DNA from: Candidatus Kaiserbacteria bacterium
Lineage (GTDB): Bacteria; Patescibacteriota; Minisyncoccia; Phycocordibacterales; UBA918
Length of the DNA stretch: 64,000 nt
NCBI GenBank assembly: GCA_031430855.1
Contig: JANPCG010000015.1
Span: forward strand, 641-64,640
Direction of reading: 5' to 3'
Below are positions 9,874 to 19,723 of this stretch, piece by piece (the stretch's first letter is position 1; the number at the start of each line of letters is the position of its first letter). The notes beneath the pieces were generated by a model that was not told where the DNA came from, searched no databases, and saw only the letters and a list, made by a program, of their open reading frames with translations. The position numbers and the translations under genes are program-made.

Positions 9874-10791
9874 TTATTGCGGACTAAAGGCAACAAATAC
9901 ATATACCGGATCGTTTTGATTAAACACTTTGACATGTGGAATGAGTACGTTGTATATATTTTGAAGAGCAAAGGCGAGGCCGGTGGCGTCGTCCTGATAA
10001 CGCTTCACGCGCAACAAGGAAACCACCGGATCTTTAAAGGCAAGTTTTAATCCATCTAAACTTGCAAACATAGCTTGATATACATTAATGAGATCGAGGT
10101 GCTGCTTCTCAAAACCGCGTGGTACGGGGGTAGCAAGTGCGTCATCGCGCAGGGCTTTGTACATGGCAATTAGTGGTTCAAGTTTCTCTAATTCAGCGGG
10201 GTTTTCGGTCTTCATCGCGCGATCAATAATCACCAGCTCTCCTTCTGAATTAGGAACATTCCGCGCTGAGAGGCTACTGCCGAGACTGTTCCCCCAGGCG
10301 CGAATTGCTTCCGGGGTGTTTTCTACAACAGTAATCATACTTCCATTATAGATAGTGTCACGAATGACGGTATTTCTGAGGATGTCGGTCGTTTCGGCAA
10401 CGACTTGTTCCGGAGTAGGTCCCACATTCCCCCGCCCTTTTGCCCTTAGGACGGATTGAAAGAGTTGAATACTCATTTGATCAGTAACCGTATTTGGCAC
10501 TTCGTAGACTGATGCGCTTTGGGGCTCAATATCAATTTGGAGTGGTGTTTGGGGGGCAAATTCTTCTTGCCAATCCTCAATTCCGTTTTGATCGCTGTCA
10601 ACCACTTCAATGAATGAACGCTCAGGTGCTGTGGCGGCAACGGTATACACCGATGGGTCTGCTGTTGGTGGAGTGAGGGTCGTCGGTCGAGTTAGGCTAC
10701 TGATAGTATATGAACCACCAACGAGCGCCAAACCAACCACAAACGCGCCGAGAATTTTTGGGTTAGGTTGCATACCCAATAAGTATAACAA
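9874..10791 (-). CDS. Membrane-anchored hypothetical protein
   Basis: 305 aa. N-terminal TM helix (ILGAFVVGLALVGG) then a hydrophilic domain. Confidence 0.5.
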   Translation of the reverse strand: MLYLLGMQPNPKILGAFVVGLALVGGSYTISSLTRPTTLTPPTADPSVYTVAATAPERSFIEVVDSDQNGIEDWQEEFAPQTPLQIDIEPQSASVYEVPNTVTDQMSIQLFQSVLRAKGRGNVGPTPEQVVAETTDILRNTVIRDTIYNGSMITVVENTPEAIRAWGNSLGSSLSARNVPNSEGELVIIDRAMKTENPAELEKLEPLIAMYKALRDDALATPVPRGFEKQHLDLINVYQAMFASLDGLKLAFKDPVVSLLRVKRYQDDATGLAFALQNIYNVLIPHVKVFNQNDPVYVFVAFSPQ

Positions 10792-10849
10792 GGTAGATGC
10801 TATAAAATTGATACAGCGTGTATAACATGTGCTTAACGTGGGGAATACG

Positions 10850-11764
10850 TTAGATGATTGGTTGGGGAAAACGTTGGGGATAGGTGGAGAGGTCTTTAAA
10901 AAGAATCAACCATTTTTCTAAAGGCACTACTTCAGCCCGTACATCAAGCAGTAGATTATTTTTTTGAAAAAGGTCTTGCAGGTACCTTCGATCGTATTGA
11001 TGACTTAGGTTAGAGAGTAATTGTTTCCGTTTTTGTCCAAAGCCGAGGTGTAAAAGGTTGAAAAATATAGCCATTTCGTCTAAATCAGTAAAATGTGTTC
11101 GATTGATGTGGCTAACCTGGAGAATGGCTGAGTCAACCTTTGGGACCGGATTAAAGTGTCCTCGACCAACCGTTTTAAGGTACCGGGGTATTCCAAAAAC
11201 TTTTACCGATAAAGAAAGGAGTGATTCTTTAGGGTCGCGAGCGATTCGCTCCACGACTTCTTTTTGCATTAAAAATACTAGTGTTGTTGGTTGAACTGGT
11301 CCTTCTAAGAGGGTACGCAAAAGATATCCAGAGAGGTAGTACGGAATGTTAGCCACTACTTTAAAGGAGTGGTCGACTAATCCTAGGATGGACATATTCA
11401 GTTCGCGGGCATCCCCGTGGTGAAGCATGAGTTTGGATGATGCAATTTCTTCCGTAAATTCAGTCTCTAATATAGTAATTACCCGCACATCAGCTTCGAC
11501 CGCAATCACTCGCGCGCCTGTTGCTAAAAGGGCTCGGGTGAGTGCACCGGTACCGGGGCCAATTTCTAGTATGGTATCGTCCGCCGTAACCTCTCCTGCG
11601 GCCACGAGCCACCCAGGGACAATAGCACTCGTGAGGAAGTTTTGTCCAAGAGACTTTTTATGTTGAAATCGTTCAGTTGACTCATTGGTGTCAGACTGCC
11701 TTCCTGCTCTGTGTCGTGGCTTCATGCATCGAGCATACCTATATATGTATGTGGGCGCAAGCAA
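10850..11764 (-). CDS. rsmA: 16S rRNA (adenine1518/1519-N6)-dimethyltransferase RsmA/KsgA. True start may be internal (MKPRH...).
   Basis: SLGQNFL and GPGTGALT SAM-binding motifs. Confidence 0.85.
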   Translation of the reverse strand: MLAPTYIYRYARCMKPRHRAGRQSDTNESTERFQHKKSLGQNFLTSAIVPGWLVAAGEVTADDTILEIGPGTGALTRALLATGARVIAVEADVRVITILETEFTEEIASSKLMLHHGDARELNMSILGLVDHSFKVVANIPYYLSGYLLRTLLEGPVQPTTLVFLMQKEVVERIARDPKESLLSLSVKVFGIPRYLKTVGRGHFNPVPKVDSAILQVSHINRTHFTDLDEMAIFFNLLHLGFGQKRKQLLSNLSHQYDRRYLQDLFQKNNLLLDVRAEVVPLEKWLILFKDLSTYPQRFPQPII

Positions 11765-11773
11765 GGTTGATTG

Positions 11774-13735
11774 TTAGTCTAGAAAAATAGTTGTTTCGTA
11801 GCCAGAACTGGTATTTCCCCATCCCTTTGGATTACTGCTCTCAATATAATCAGTACTAATGTCATTTAAAAAGGATGACGGCACATTCACTCGCTGACTG
11901 CCGTAAATAGTACGCATGTGCGCGTAGGTAAGGTACACCTTTTTCTCAGCTCTCGTGAGGGCCACATAAAACAGTCGGCGCTCCTCTTCGTGGTCAATTC
12001 CCGCATCATCAAGTCGTTCATGAGGAAACAGACCTTGCTCCAATCCACAAATGAATACATACGGAAACTCAAGACCTTTCGCTGAGTGTACCGTCATTAA
12101 ACGGACAGCGTCTTGTTCTTCTTTGGCTTTTAGTTCATCTTGATCACTTTGCAGTGCTGCATTCTCGAGGAGAGCCTCGACCGCGGCTTCTGGCTCGAGC
12201 TCGTCATAACGAATTGCCAAGGTGACTAATTCCCGCAAATTCTCCAATCGTGACAGATCATCTTCGGTGCCATTTTTTTTCAACTCAGTTTCTATTCCGG
12301 TTCGTTTAATAATAAATTTAAGGGTCTCGGAGAGCGGTTTGGTCCGTGCTTCATCAGCAATATCCATCATGATTTGATCAAATCGCTCAACTTTCTCAAG
12401 GGTTGCCCCTTTCAGTTCGCCCCGCTTCCCTTCCATAACTTTAAGCATCGTAACTTTCCCAATACCGCGCACTGGCTCATTGATAACTCGAGCGAGGTCA
12501 GCCGTACTGCCGGGATTTAAAGCGAGACGCAAATACGAAAGAACATCCTTTACCTCTTTTCGTTCAAAGAATTTGGTGCCCAATAATTGGTACGGTACAT
12601 TAAAGTTAAGAAACGCTTCTTCTAAAACTCGTGATTGAAAGTTCGTTCGATATAAGACGGCAATCGCGGACGGGGCGATGCCGGTAGCGACTAGTTTCTG
12701 TGCTGTGTGGGCAATGTATTCCGCTTCATCAATCCCGGTCATTGCAGCGTAGAGACTTATTTTTTCTCCTTCACTATTGGTAGTAAACACCTCCTTCGCG
12801 ACCCGGTTTTTATTTTTTTCTATCACATCATTAGACGCTCCGATGATATTTTTGGTTGAACGATAGTTTTCTTCGAGGAGAATCGTTTTGGTGGTTGGAA
12901 AATAACGTTCAAACTGTAAAACATTTTTAATATCTGCCCCCCGCCAGGAATAGATATTTTGATCAATATCTCCTACGACACAGAGGTTGTGTTTGGTTCC
13001 GGCGAGGAGTTGGGCAATCTCAAACTGCACCCGGTTTGTATCCTGGTACTCATCAATGTGAATATATTGAAATCGCCGCTGCAGTGTTTCGCGAATATGT
13101 GGGTAATTCTCCAGCAGTCGTAACGTTTTAATAAGGAGGTCATCAAAATCAAGTGCATGCTCTACTTTCATAATCTCTTCATAGGTAGCCCATACTTCAG
13201 CTGTCACCCGATCAGGGTATGATGAAGCGGCTTCTTTAAAGGCGGCAGGGGTTTTGGCATCACCCTTAGCGCGTGAGATTTTCCCAATAATTTTTCGTGG
13301 TTCAAATTCTTTGGGGTTATACCCACCGCGCTCCAGGGCAGTTTTTATCGCTCGAATGCTATCCGCACGGTCATAAATGGTAAAGTGCCGACGGAGTCCA
13401 AGGGTTTCGTGATGTTCACGCAAAATCCGTACCCCGAGCGCGTGAAAAGTAGTAACGGTCGGCAGAGAATCAAGCGCAGCTCGATTCGTCGGAGGAAACT
13501 CACGAATTAACTTTTCGACCCGTTCACGCATTTCTTTAGCTGCTTTATTCGTGAATGTCACCGCTAAAATATTGTGTGGGGCTACCCCCTCGTGAATTAA
13601 ATGGACAATCCGATGAGTAATAACACGGGTTTTTCCAGAACCGGCTCCGGCGAGAATAAGCAAAGGTCCTTCCGTGTAGAGGACGGCTTCTTTTTGGGGA
13701 GGATTTAGTCCTTGGAGGTATATTCGATCATTCAT
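11774..13735 (-). CDS. pcrA: ATP-dependent DNA helicase UvrD/PcrA family
   Basis: GAGSGKT Walker A; full 653 aa UvrD-like architecture. Confidence 0.9.
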   Translation of the reverse strand: MNDRIYLQGLNPPQKEAVLYTEGPLLILAGAGSGKTRVITHRIVHLIHEGVAPHNILAVTFTNKAAKEMRERVEKLIREFPPTNRAALDSLPTVTTFHALGVRILREHHETLGLRRHFTIYDRADSIRAIKTALERGGYNPKEFEPRKIIGKISRAKGDAKTPAAFKEAASSYPDRVTAEVWATYEEIMKVEHALDFDDLLIKTLRLLENYPHIRETLQRRFQYIHIDEYQDTNRVQFEIAQLLAGTKHNLCVVGDIDQNIYSWRGADIKNVLQFERYFPTTKTILLEENYRSTKNIIGASNDVIEKNKNRVAKEVFTTNSEGEKISLYAAMTGIDEAEYIAHTAQKLVATGIAPSAIAVLYRTNFQSRVLEEAFLNFNVPYQLLGTKFFERKEVKDVLSYLRLALNPGSTADLARVINEPVRGIGKVTMLKVMEGKRGELKGATLEKVERFDQIMMDIADEARTKPLSETLKFIIKRTGIETELKKNGTEDDLSRLENLRELVTLAIRYDELEPEAAVEALLENAALQSDQDELKAKEEQDAVRLMTVHSAKGLEFPYVFICGLEQGLFPHERLDDAGIDHEEERRLFYVALTRAEKKVYLTYAHMRTIYGSQRVNVPSSFLNDISTDYIESSNPKGWGNTSSGYETTIFLD

Positions 13736-13967
13736 GTCGCCGACTACTATACCATAGTGTCTGATAAATTTATGAAACGCATTTAATAAAAAGTCAATGT
13801 AATAAAAAACGGCCTACCCTAGGGTTCATTTTGGAGGTATCGACGCCAAAACGTTAAAAGTGCACTTCGTCAATTGTACTCTCGCGACAGTCTAGTAGAA
13901 TTGTCGACATACCAATGGTGGTATGAAAAAGCGAACTTCGCTTTTTTATTTCTGAAAATTTTCTGTA

Positions 13968-15083
13968 ATGGTTGTACTGCGGCGTGTCCATAACTCATTT
14001 CATATTCAACCTCAATCAAAAAATTCTGACGTAACCTATACTAAGAGTCCTCTGCGACAGAACCCATATACGGCAACCCACTATACGCTTGAGCTAGTTT
14101 TATTAGTGCTTGCTATTGTTGTTCCGTTCTCTGTGCAGGCCGGTGTTTTTCAAAATATCATGAGTAATGATAGAGGTGAGGTTGTTGTAGAAACAGCTCT
14201 TCTGTCTGATTTACCAGTTGATGCTCCCGTTTTGGTAGCGGCGGCAAATCCTGATCCAAACAATGCTCGTGGTGGGGCTGAGGTAACTGCCCAAGATGGT
14301 GTCCTCATTTCTACCGGTCCCGTTGGTAAAGATATAATTTCAGCTGCCCGAAGTAATAGTGGAGAGATTAGTGTCTACACCGTACGACCAGGTGATTCCC
14401 TTTCGCAAATTGCTGAAATGTTTGATGTTACCTCTAACACTATCCTCTGGGCTAATGACCTCCCCCGCGCCTCAGCGATTAAGCCCGGCGATGCACTCGT
14501 AATCTTGCCTGTTGCGGGAGTGCGGCATGTTGTTCGCTCGGGTGATTCGATTGCGGTTATTGCAAAAAAATACGAAGGCAATGCTGAAGAAATCATTTCC
14601 TATAATCAGCTTGATAACGAAAGTGATTTACGTGTCGGTGAGACCTTGGTGATTCCGGGAGGAGCGATTCATACCTCGCCCGTAAAAGCTCAGTCGAAAG
14701 CTGCACCAACCAAGTCATCAGGTTCAGTCGGAGGAGCGATTGGTTCCTTTATAAATCCGGTGCCAGGCGCTATCAAGACCCAAGGACTTCATGGCTACAA
14801 CGCCGTAGATTTTGGTGGAGCGATTGGCAGTCCTATTAGAGCTGCGCAGAGTGGAGTGGTCCTGGTGGCCAAAAGTGGTGGTTGGAATGGCGGGTATGGA
14901 AACTATATCGTTATCAAACATAAGAACGGTACGCAGACACTCTACGCACACCTTTCTCGAGTTGATGTAGGCGTGGGAGCTACGGTCGCTCAGGGTACTA
15001 CTATCGGCGCTCTCGGAAATACGGGCAAGTCGACGGGGCCACATCTACACTTTGAAGTTCGAGGCGGAAAGAATCCATTTTAG
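13968..15083 (+). CDS. LysM-domain M23 family metallopeptidase (peptidoglycan hydrolase)
   Basis: LysM repeats (YTVRPGDSLSQIA, HVVRSGDSIAVIA) and an M23 HxH motif (GPHLHFEV). Confidence 0.85.
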   Translation: MVVLRRVHNSFHIQPQSKNSDVTYTKSPLRQNPYTATHYTLELVLLVLAIVVPFSVQAGVFQNIMSNDRGEVVVETALLSDLPVDAPVLVAAANPDPNNARGGAEVTAQDGVLISTGPVGKDIISAARSNSGEISVYTVRPGDSLSQIAEMFDVTSNTILWANDLPRASAIKPGDALVILPVAGVRHVVRSGDSIAVIAKKYEGNAEEIISYNQLDNESDLRVGETLVIPGGAIHTSPVKAQSKAAPTKSSGSVGGAIGSFINPVPGAIKTQGLHGYNAVDFGGAIGSPIRAAQSGVVLVAKSGGWNGGYGNYIVIKHKNGTQTLYAHLSRVDVGVGATVAQGTTIGALGNTGKSTGPHLHFEVRGGKNPF

Positions 15084-15196
15084 GTGAAACGTCCAAAACG
15101 GACGAATCTCTGCGTTAGATAGTAAAAAATGACAGTCAACGTACATGCGTACGCCTCCTGTCATTTTTTACTATCTGCCTTGACCTTCATTCCTTT

Positions 15197-15919
15197 TTGA
15201 ACGTTTCGCAACTTCATGCGTATGTATCGTTGATCATCTTATGTGATGGTAAACTTATGCAAGTGAAATACCTAAGAACTACTTTTTCATTTTTTTGGAG
15301 CGCGCAAATTTATTTACTTGTGGGAGGATTTTTATTTTGGTTCCCAGATGATATAAATTCTTTATTTGGGTATCTTGCCAGTTTCGTATTTACTTCACTC
15401 GGTGCGTGTTTAGTAGTGCTCTCATTTAGAAGTACGTTGCGCCCCGTGGAGTTGTTACTCCCGCTGATACTTTTTTCGGGAATCACCTACTTATTTATTA
15501 AGTATTTTTACATGTCTGAGCGCACAGAAATGTTTGTTCTCGGAATGTATTCTATGGGTTTCACTATGGTAGAAACAGGACGGTTTCTTTATAACAATAG
15601 TAGTATTTCCGATAAACTACATGTCTTCCCTCTCAGTAGCCATTTAGTGGCTAGTACCCTTTCATTAGGAGTTTGGTTTTTTAGTGTTGACTTTTTGCCA
15701 TGGCAGTCGGAAGTTACAATACTAAAAAGTATATTGATTACCTATATTTTGATTGGTGTTAGTATCGTTTTCCTCCAAACATGCGAAAAATATCATGTTA
15801 TATCAATACAAACACTTAAAAAACTTTTCACCTATATTTTTGTATCCGTATTCATTATAACGACCATAAGCCTCTTTTCTTCTTTTGTAGTATTTGAACT
15901 CTCAAATACTAAATTTTAA
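15197..15919 (+). CDS. AT-rich polytopic membrane protein, hypothetical (start uncertain)
   Basis: 240 aa hydrophobic ORF. Local AT content is higher than in neighbouring genes. Confidence 0.4.
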   Translation: MNVSQLHAYVSLIILCDGKLMQVKYLRTTFSFFWSAQIYLLVGGFLFWFPDDINSLFGYLASFVFTSLGACLVVLSFRSTLRPVELLLPLILFSGITYLFIKYFYMSERTEMFVLGMYSMGFTMVETGRFLYNNSSISDKLHVFPLSSHLVASTLSLGVWFFSVDFLPWQSEVTILKSILITYILIGVSIVFLQTCEKYHVISIQTLKKLFTYIFVSVFIITTISLFSSFVVFELSNTKF

Positions 15920-17426
15920 CCCGATATTGAAGCGCCTCCAAAACATGTGTGATTCCTATTTGCTCTGATTGATCGAGGTCAGCAATCGTCCGAGCGACCT
16001 TGATAACTCGATGGTAACTGCGCGGAGAGAGTCTTAATTTTTGTGATGATTGCTTGAGGAGGTCTTTTACTTCAGGCGAAAGTACGATGATGTCATCAAT
16101 ATCACGAGCGGTCATGCTTGCGTTCGTGCTAATCCCCCGCCCATGCAGTCGCTCGTGTTGTGTGGCTCGTGCTTGTGCAATAACGGTGCGGGCCATTTCT
16201 GTCTCGCGTTCGTTTCGATTGACATTGACGAGTGTTTCGTATGCAACATGGGGAACCTCAATCCATAAATCAATCCGATCAAGGATTGGTCCTGAAATTT
16301 TTCCTTTATATGTTTCTTGCATTGCTCTAGCTAAATCAGTTGTTCCGTCATAGTTACCTCGATAGGGATTCATTGCGGCAATTAAAATAAAGTCAGCTGG
16401 AAATTGAGCAGTCCCTTGCACTCGAGCAATGCTCACGACGCGATCTTCAAGCGGTTGTCTGAGAGCATCAAGTGCCCGTCTATCAAATTCGGGAAATTCA
16501 TCCATAAAGAGAACTCCTTTATGGGCTAAAGTAACCTCTCCTGGTTTCGGGTTTGTACCACCGCCAACGAGTGCCGTGTATGACGCTGTATGGTGAGGAG
16601 TCCGAAATGGTGGTGCCGTAGTGATGACACTTTCATTATTTCCTACGAGTGAATGGATTGCTGAAACCGACAGTGCGTCGTCGCGCGTAAGGGGTGGGAG
16701 GATTCCTTGAAAAGCGCGAGCCAGCATGGTTTTCCCTGTTCCAGGCGGTCCCACTAAAAGTACATTGTGTCTTCCGGCAGCGGCAATGATGAGTGCCCGT
16801 TTTGCACTCTCTTGTCCTTTGATATCTTCCAGCTTAGTCTTTGAGTCGTGCCAATCATTTTCGATGGTAGTAATTTTTTGAACAGGAAGCGGTGCGTGTT
16901 GTGGGTTTTGTGGATCAATATGACGAATGATTGCTGTTAAATTTGTTGCTGAAATAATATTGATACCTTCGATTAAGGCTGCTTCTTTCGCATTTTCTTT
17001 CGGGACGATAACTTCAGTAAAGCCAGCTTCTTTCGCTGCAACTACAGCTGCTAAAACTCCGCGGACCGGACGAAGGGTGCCGTCGAGCGCCAGTTCGCCT
17101 ACGTAAATCCTCCGGGTTTTGTCGACGGTAATACACTCAGCAGCCAACAGATAGGCAATTGCAATTGGGACATCAAAGAGCGGTCCCTCTTTTTTGAGGT
17201 CGCTTGGTGCTAATGAAATGACTATTTTATAGTTCTGACTTTTAGGTGATTCAAATCCAGAGTACTTGATGGCAGCACTCACCCGGTCTTTAGCTTCGAG
17301 GGTAGCTTTGCCCGCGAGCCCGACAATGGAAAATGAATGCAGACCCCGCGAGAGGTCTGCTTCAATACTGACTATAGTGCCGGAGAGAACATGAGGTTGG
17401 ACAGTGTAGATTTGAGTAACGCTCAT
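15909..17426 (-). CDS. comM: Mg-chelatase-like AAA+ ATPase YifB/ComM family
   Basis: VGPPGTGKTMLA Walker A. N-terminal Lon-like domain. Likely ATG at 17426 (MSVTQIYTVQ...). Confidence 0.85.
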   Translation of the reverse strand: MSVTQIYTVQPHVLSGTIVSIEADLSRGLHSFSIVGLAGKATLEAKDRVSAAIKYSGFESPKSQNYKIVISLAPSDLKKEGPLFDVPIAIAYLLAAECITVDKTRRIYVGELALDGTLRPVRGVLAAVVAAKEAGFTEVIVPKENAKEAALIEGINIISATNLTAIIRHIDPQNPQHAPLPVQKITTIENDWHDSKTKLEDIKGQESAKRALIIAAAGRHNVLLVGPPGTGKTMLARAFQGILPPLTRDDALSVSAIHSLVGNNESVITTAPPFRTPHHTASYTALVGGGTNPKPGEVTLAHKGVLFMDEFPEFDRRALDALRQPLEDRVVSIARVQGTAQFPADFILIAAMNPYRGNYDGTTDLARAMQETYKGKISGPILDRIDLWIEVPHVAYETLVNVNRNERETEMARTVIAQARATQHERLHGRGISTNASMTARDIDDIIVLSPEVKDLLKQSSQKLRLSPRSYHRVIKVARTIADLDQSEQIGITHVLEALQYRVKI

Positions 17427-17440
17427 GATAGGTGCCGATA

Positions 17441-17815
17441 TTAAAGGTGTACGCGGTACTCTTCTTCCCGGTGCAAAATACACGTCCGGGCGGCAGGGTT
17501 TATCTGCAGGCGCTCTGTTTCGATTACGTTTGTACATACTTCGCAGGTACCAAAGGTTCCGGTTTTTATTTTATCAAGAGCGTGAACAATCGCGTGGTAT
17601 CGGTTTTCTAACTCAGCTAATATACTGACTCGTTCATCAGCCTCTTCCGCAGCATCTGCCAATAGGTCAGTATCAGCTTCAGGGTTGGCTGTATCCGCAG
17701 TCGACACTTCCCAATCATCAGTTTTGGGGTTACGCACAGCAATTTCTCGTAATTCATTTTCAATTTCAAATAGCATGGCGTCTAACTTTTTTCGTTGTTC
17801 AGGTAATTGTTCCAT
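17441..17815 (-). CDS. DksA/TraR-family C4 zinc-finger protein
   Basis: CxxC...CxxC near the C-terminus (CEVCTNVIETERLQINPAARTCILH); coiled-coil N-terminus. Confidence 0.7.
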   Translation of the reverse strand: MEQLPEQRKKLDAMLFEIENELREIAVRNPKTDDWEVSTADTANPEADTDLLADAAEEADERVSILAELENRYHAIVHALDKIKTGTFGTCEVCTNVIETERLQINPAARTCILHREEEYRVHL

Positions 17816-17846
17816 AATTATATTCTATCACGTGAAAGAACCATTG

Positions 17847-19622
17847 CTATTCTGGGAGGTTTTGTTGCAGGTTGAGAAAGGCGTTTTCACTCGTAGTAAT
17901 AACGATAATATTAGGACGAATAAATCCGTATACGATGACTATCGCACCGCTCGCGTTTCGAAGGACACGAACATCAGTCGACGCAATAGATTCATCACGA
18001 AAAGCGCTTGTTTCAATATTGGTGCCAAACCACGAAATCAAATCTTGATTCATTCGTTTTTCCCAATTAAGCATACCGCCGAGAGCCGTTGCTTCATTGA
18101 CTACTAAGAGCGCAAGGAAAGGTTCATTGCGGTAAGCTCCTGGAGTTACTACATTTATCGCTGCGGTAAAGGCAATTGATTCATCAATTTCTAGTTGCGT
18201 AAAGAACTCGGTCGGTGTGATCAAGTTGGTGGTGCTTGCGGCAAAGAGTTCTAGTTCGAGTAATGGCTCTGAAGACTGTGTCGTTTCGCGTAGTCGTTTC
18301 ATTATTTCTTCGCGGGTCAATCCAGAAATGGATAACTGCTGTTGAACACTGGTGGCAAAAAGTGGCGCCCGTACGGCTGGTCCATCTGTGGCATTAGGGA
18401 ATAAGATTGGAGTTACCATATTTACTGTACCCCACAACATAAGTAATCCAATCATAACGACAGCTCCCCCGAGTACAATTCGATTTGTATCAGCAAACCA
18501 AGATTCGAGAGTTGGATTTGTTTTTACTACTTTAGGTATGGTTGGAATAATAGCAGGGGTCCGTGGTTCTGGTGCTGCTTGGGGGGTAACAACCGGTACT
18601 ACAATTGGTTGGGGCATTGTAGGAATGGCTACAACTATTTCTACCTGGGGCACTGGTACGGATGGTAAAACTGCGGGTAGAACCGGAGTTGGGGGAGGGG
18701 TGTGTGGTTGCGGGTTAGGTTCAATATGAACAGGTACGGTTGAAATATGCGCTGCCGGTAGAATCGGTTCTTTGATGATTTCCGGGGTGCTGTGTGCATG
18801 GTTCCTTTCGGGGATTTGGTAGGCATGCGCGACTACTGATTTCGTCGGTACGCTCGGGAAAGATATAGGAGTGTGTGATTCTTCTTTGTGTGTGGTAGAA
18901 GATTCACCCTCCCAGCTCGGTGCGGTTGATTTTGGTTCTATTACTGCAGGTACTGCTGTTGCAACTGCAGGATTCTTTTTATTGTGACGCAGTCGTTCCA
19001 ATACTTGGGCATGGTCTGCCACTGAGGCTCGCCCAGTCAGTGAGGTAGCTTTCTGAATCACTCCTTTACGCCTGTCGGCTTGGGGAACTGAATACTTTGG
19101 TTTCTTTTTTCCGGTTACAATATCTTTTTTATCTTCAAACCACGACGTAATTTTTTTAGTAATGGAACTTCCAAGAGAAAACTGTCGGTATTTGGTATCT
19201 GTGATAATAGTAGCTGTTTGTGATTCCTTCTCCGCGTCTCCAACTAATACACCATGAGAAGGTGTCGTGAGTATTGATGTGCGCTGCTTACTTGCAATAG
19301 CGGTTAGTACCGCCGCATCGATAATGGGACCTTCTTCTTTAATGTGCACAATGGGTGCTTTTCGCGGTCCGGGTTTTTGAAACGCATGAAATGGAGGAAT
19401 TTGAGTAGATGGTGCGTTACTCGTAAGTGGTTTTGATTTTTCTTCAGGCATTGGCTGTTCAGCTTTGAGCGGCATCTTTTTTTCAGTAACAGCTTTGGCC
19501 GCTACTTTTGCTATAACTTTAGATTTTGCACTGACGGCAGGGGTTGGTTGATTGGCAGCTAAATCAGCCGCAAAGGTCCGCACTGCAAATGCCTTTTTTT
19601 GATCCTTTGAGGAGTCACTCAT
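17847..19622 (-). CDS. Hypothetical protein: Pro-rich linker, single TM helix, extracytoplasmic C-terminal domain
   Basis: 591 aa ORF. PxxP-rich middle region. TM helix IVLGGAVVMIGLLMLWG. Confidence 0.5.
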   Translation of the reverse strand: MSDSSKDQKKAFAVRTFAADLAANQPTPAVSAKSKVIAKVAAKAVTEKKMPLKAEQPMPEEKSKPLTSNAPSTQIPPFHAFQKPGPRKAPIVHIKEEGPIIDAAVLTAIASKQRTSILTTPSHGVLVGDAEKESQTATIITDTKYRQFSLGSSITKKITSWFEDKKDIVTGKKKPKYSVPQADRRKGVIQKATSLTGRASVADHAQVLERLRHNKKNPAVATAVPAVIEPKSTAPSWEGESSTTHKEESHTPISFPSVPTKSVVAHAYQIPERNHAHSTPEIIKEPILPAAHISTVPVHIEPNPQPHTPPPTPVLPAVLPSVPVPQVEIVVAIPTMPQPIVVPVVTPQAAPEPRTPAIIPTIPKVVKTNPTLESWFADTNRIVLGGAVVMIGLLMLWGTVNMVTPILFPNATDGPAVRAPLFATSVQQQLSISGLTREEIMKRLRETTQSSEPLLELELFAASTTNLITPTEFFTQLEIDESIAFTAAINVVTPGAYRNEPFLALLVVNEATALGGMLNWEKRMNQDLISWFGTNIETSAFRDESIASTDVRVLRNASGAIVIVYGFIRPNIIVITTSENAFLNLQQNLPE

Positions 19623-19723
19623 ATCTACTAGTATCTCATGTTTTTATTCTTTTTTGGCGTGTGGTTGGGTATGGTAAAAAACAGCAACCCCGTTAGGGGT
19701 CGCTAGTATTTATCGTCTCTCTA

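Noticed and set aside
13926-13947. AAAAAGCG-aactt-CGCTTTTTT hairpin between divergent pcrA and the M23 peptidase gene
   Set aside because: It looks like an intrinsic terminator, but it sits between divergent gene starts. It may be an attenuator or may be incidental, and I did not consider it strong enough to list as a feature.
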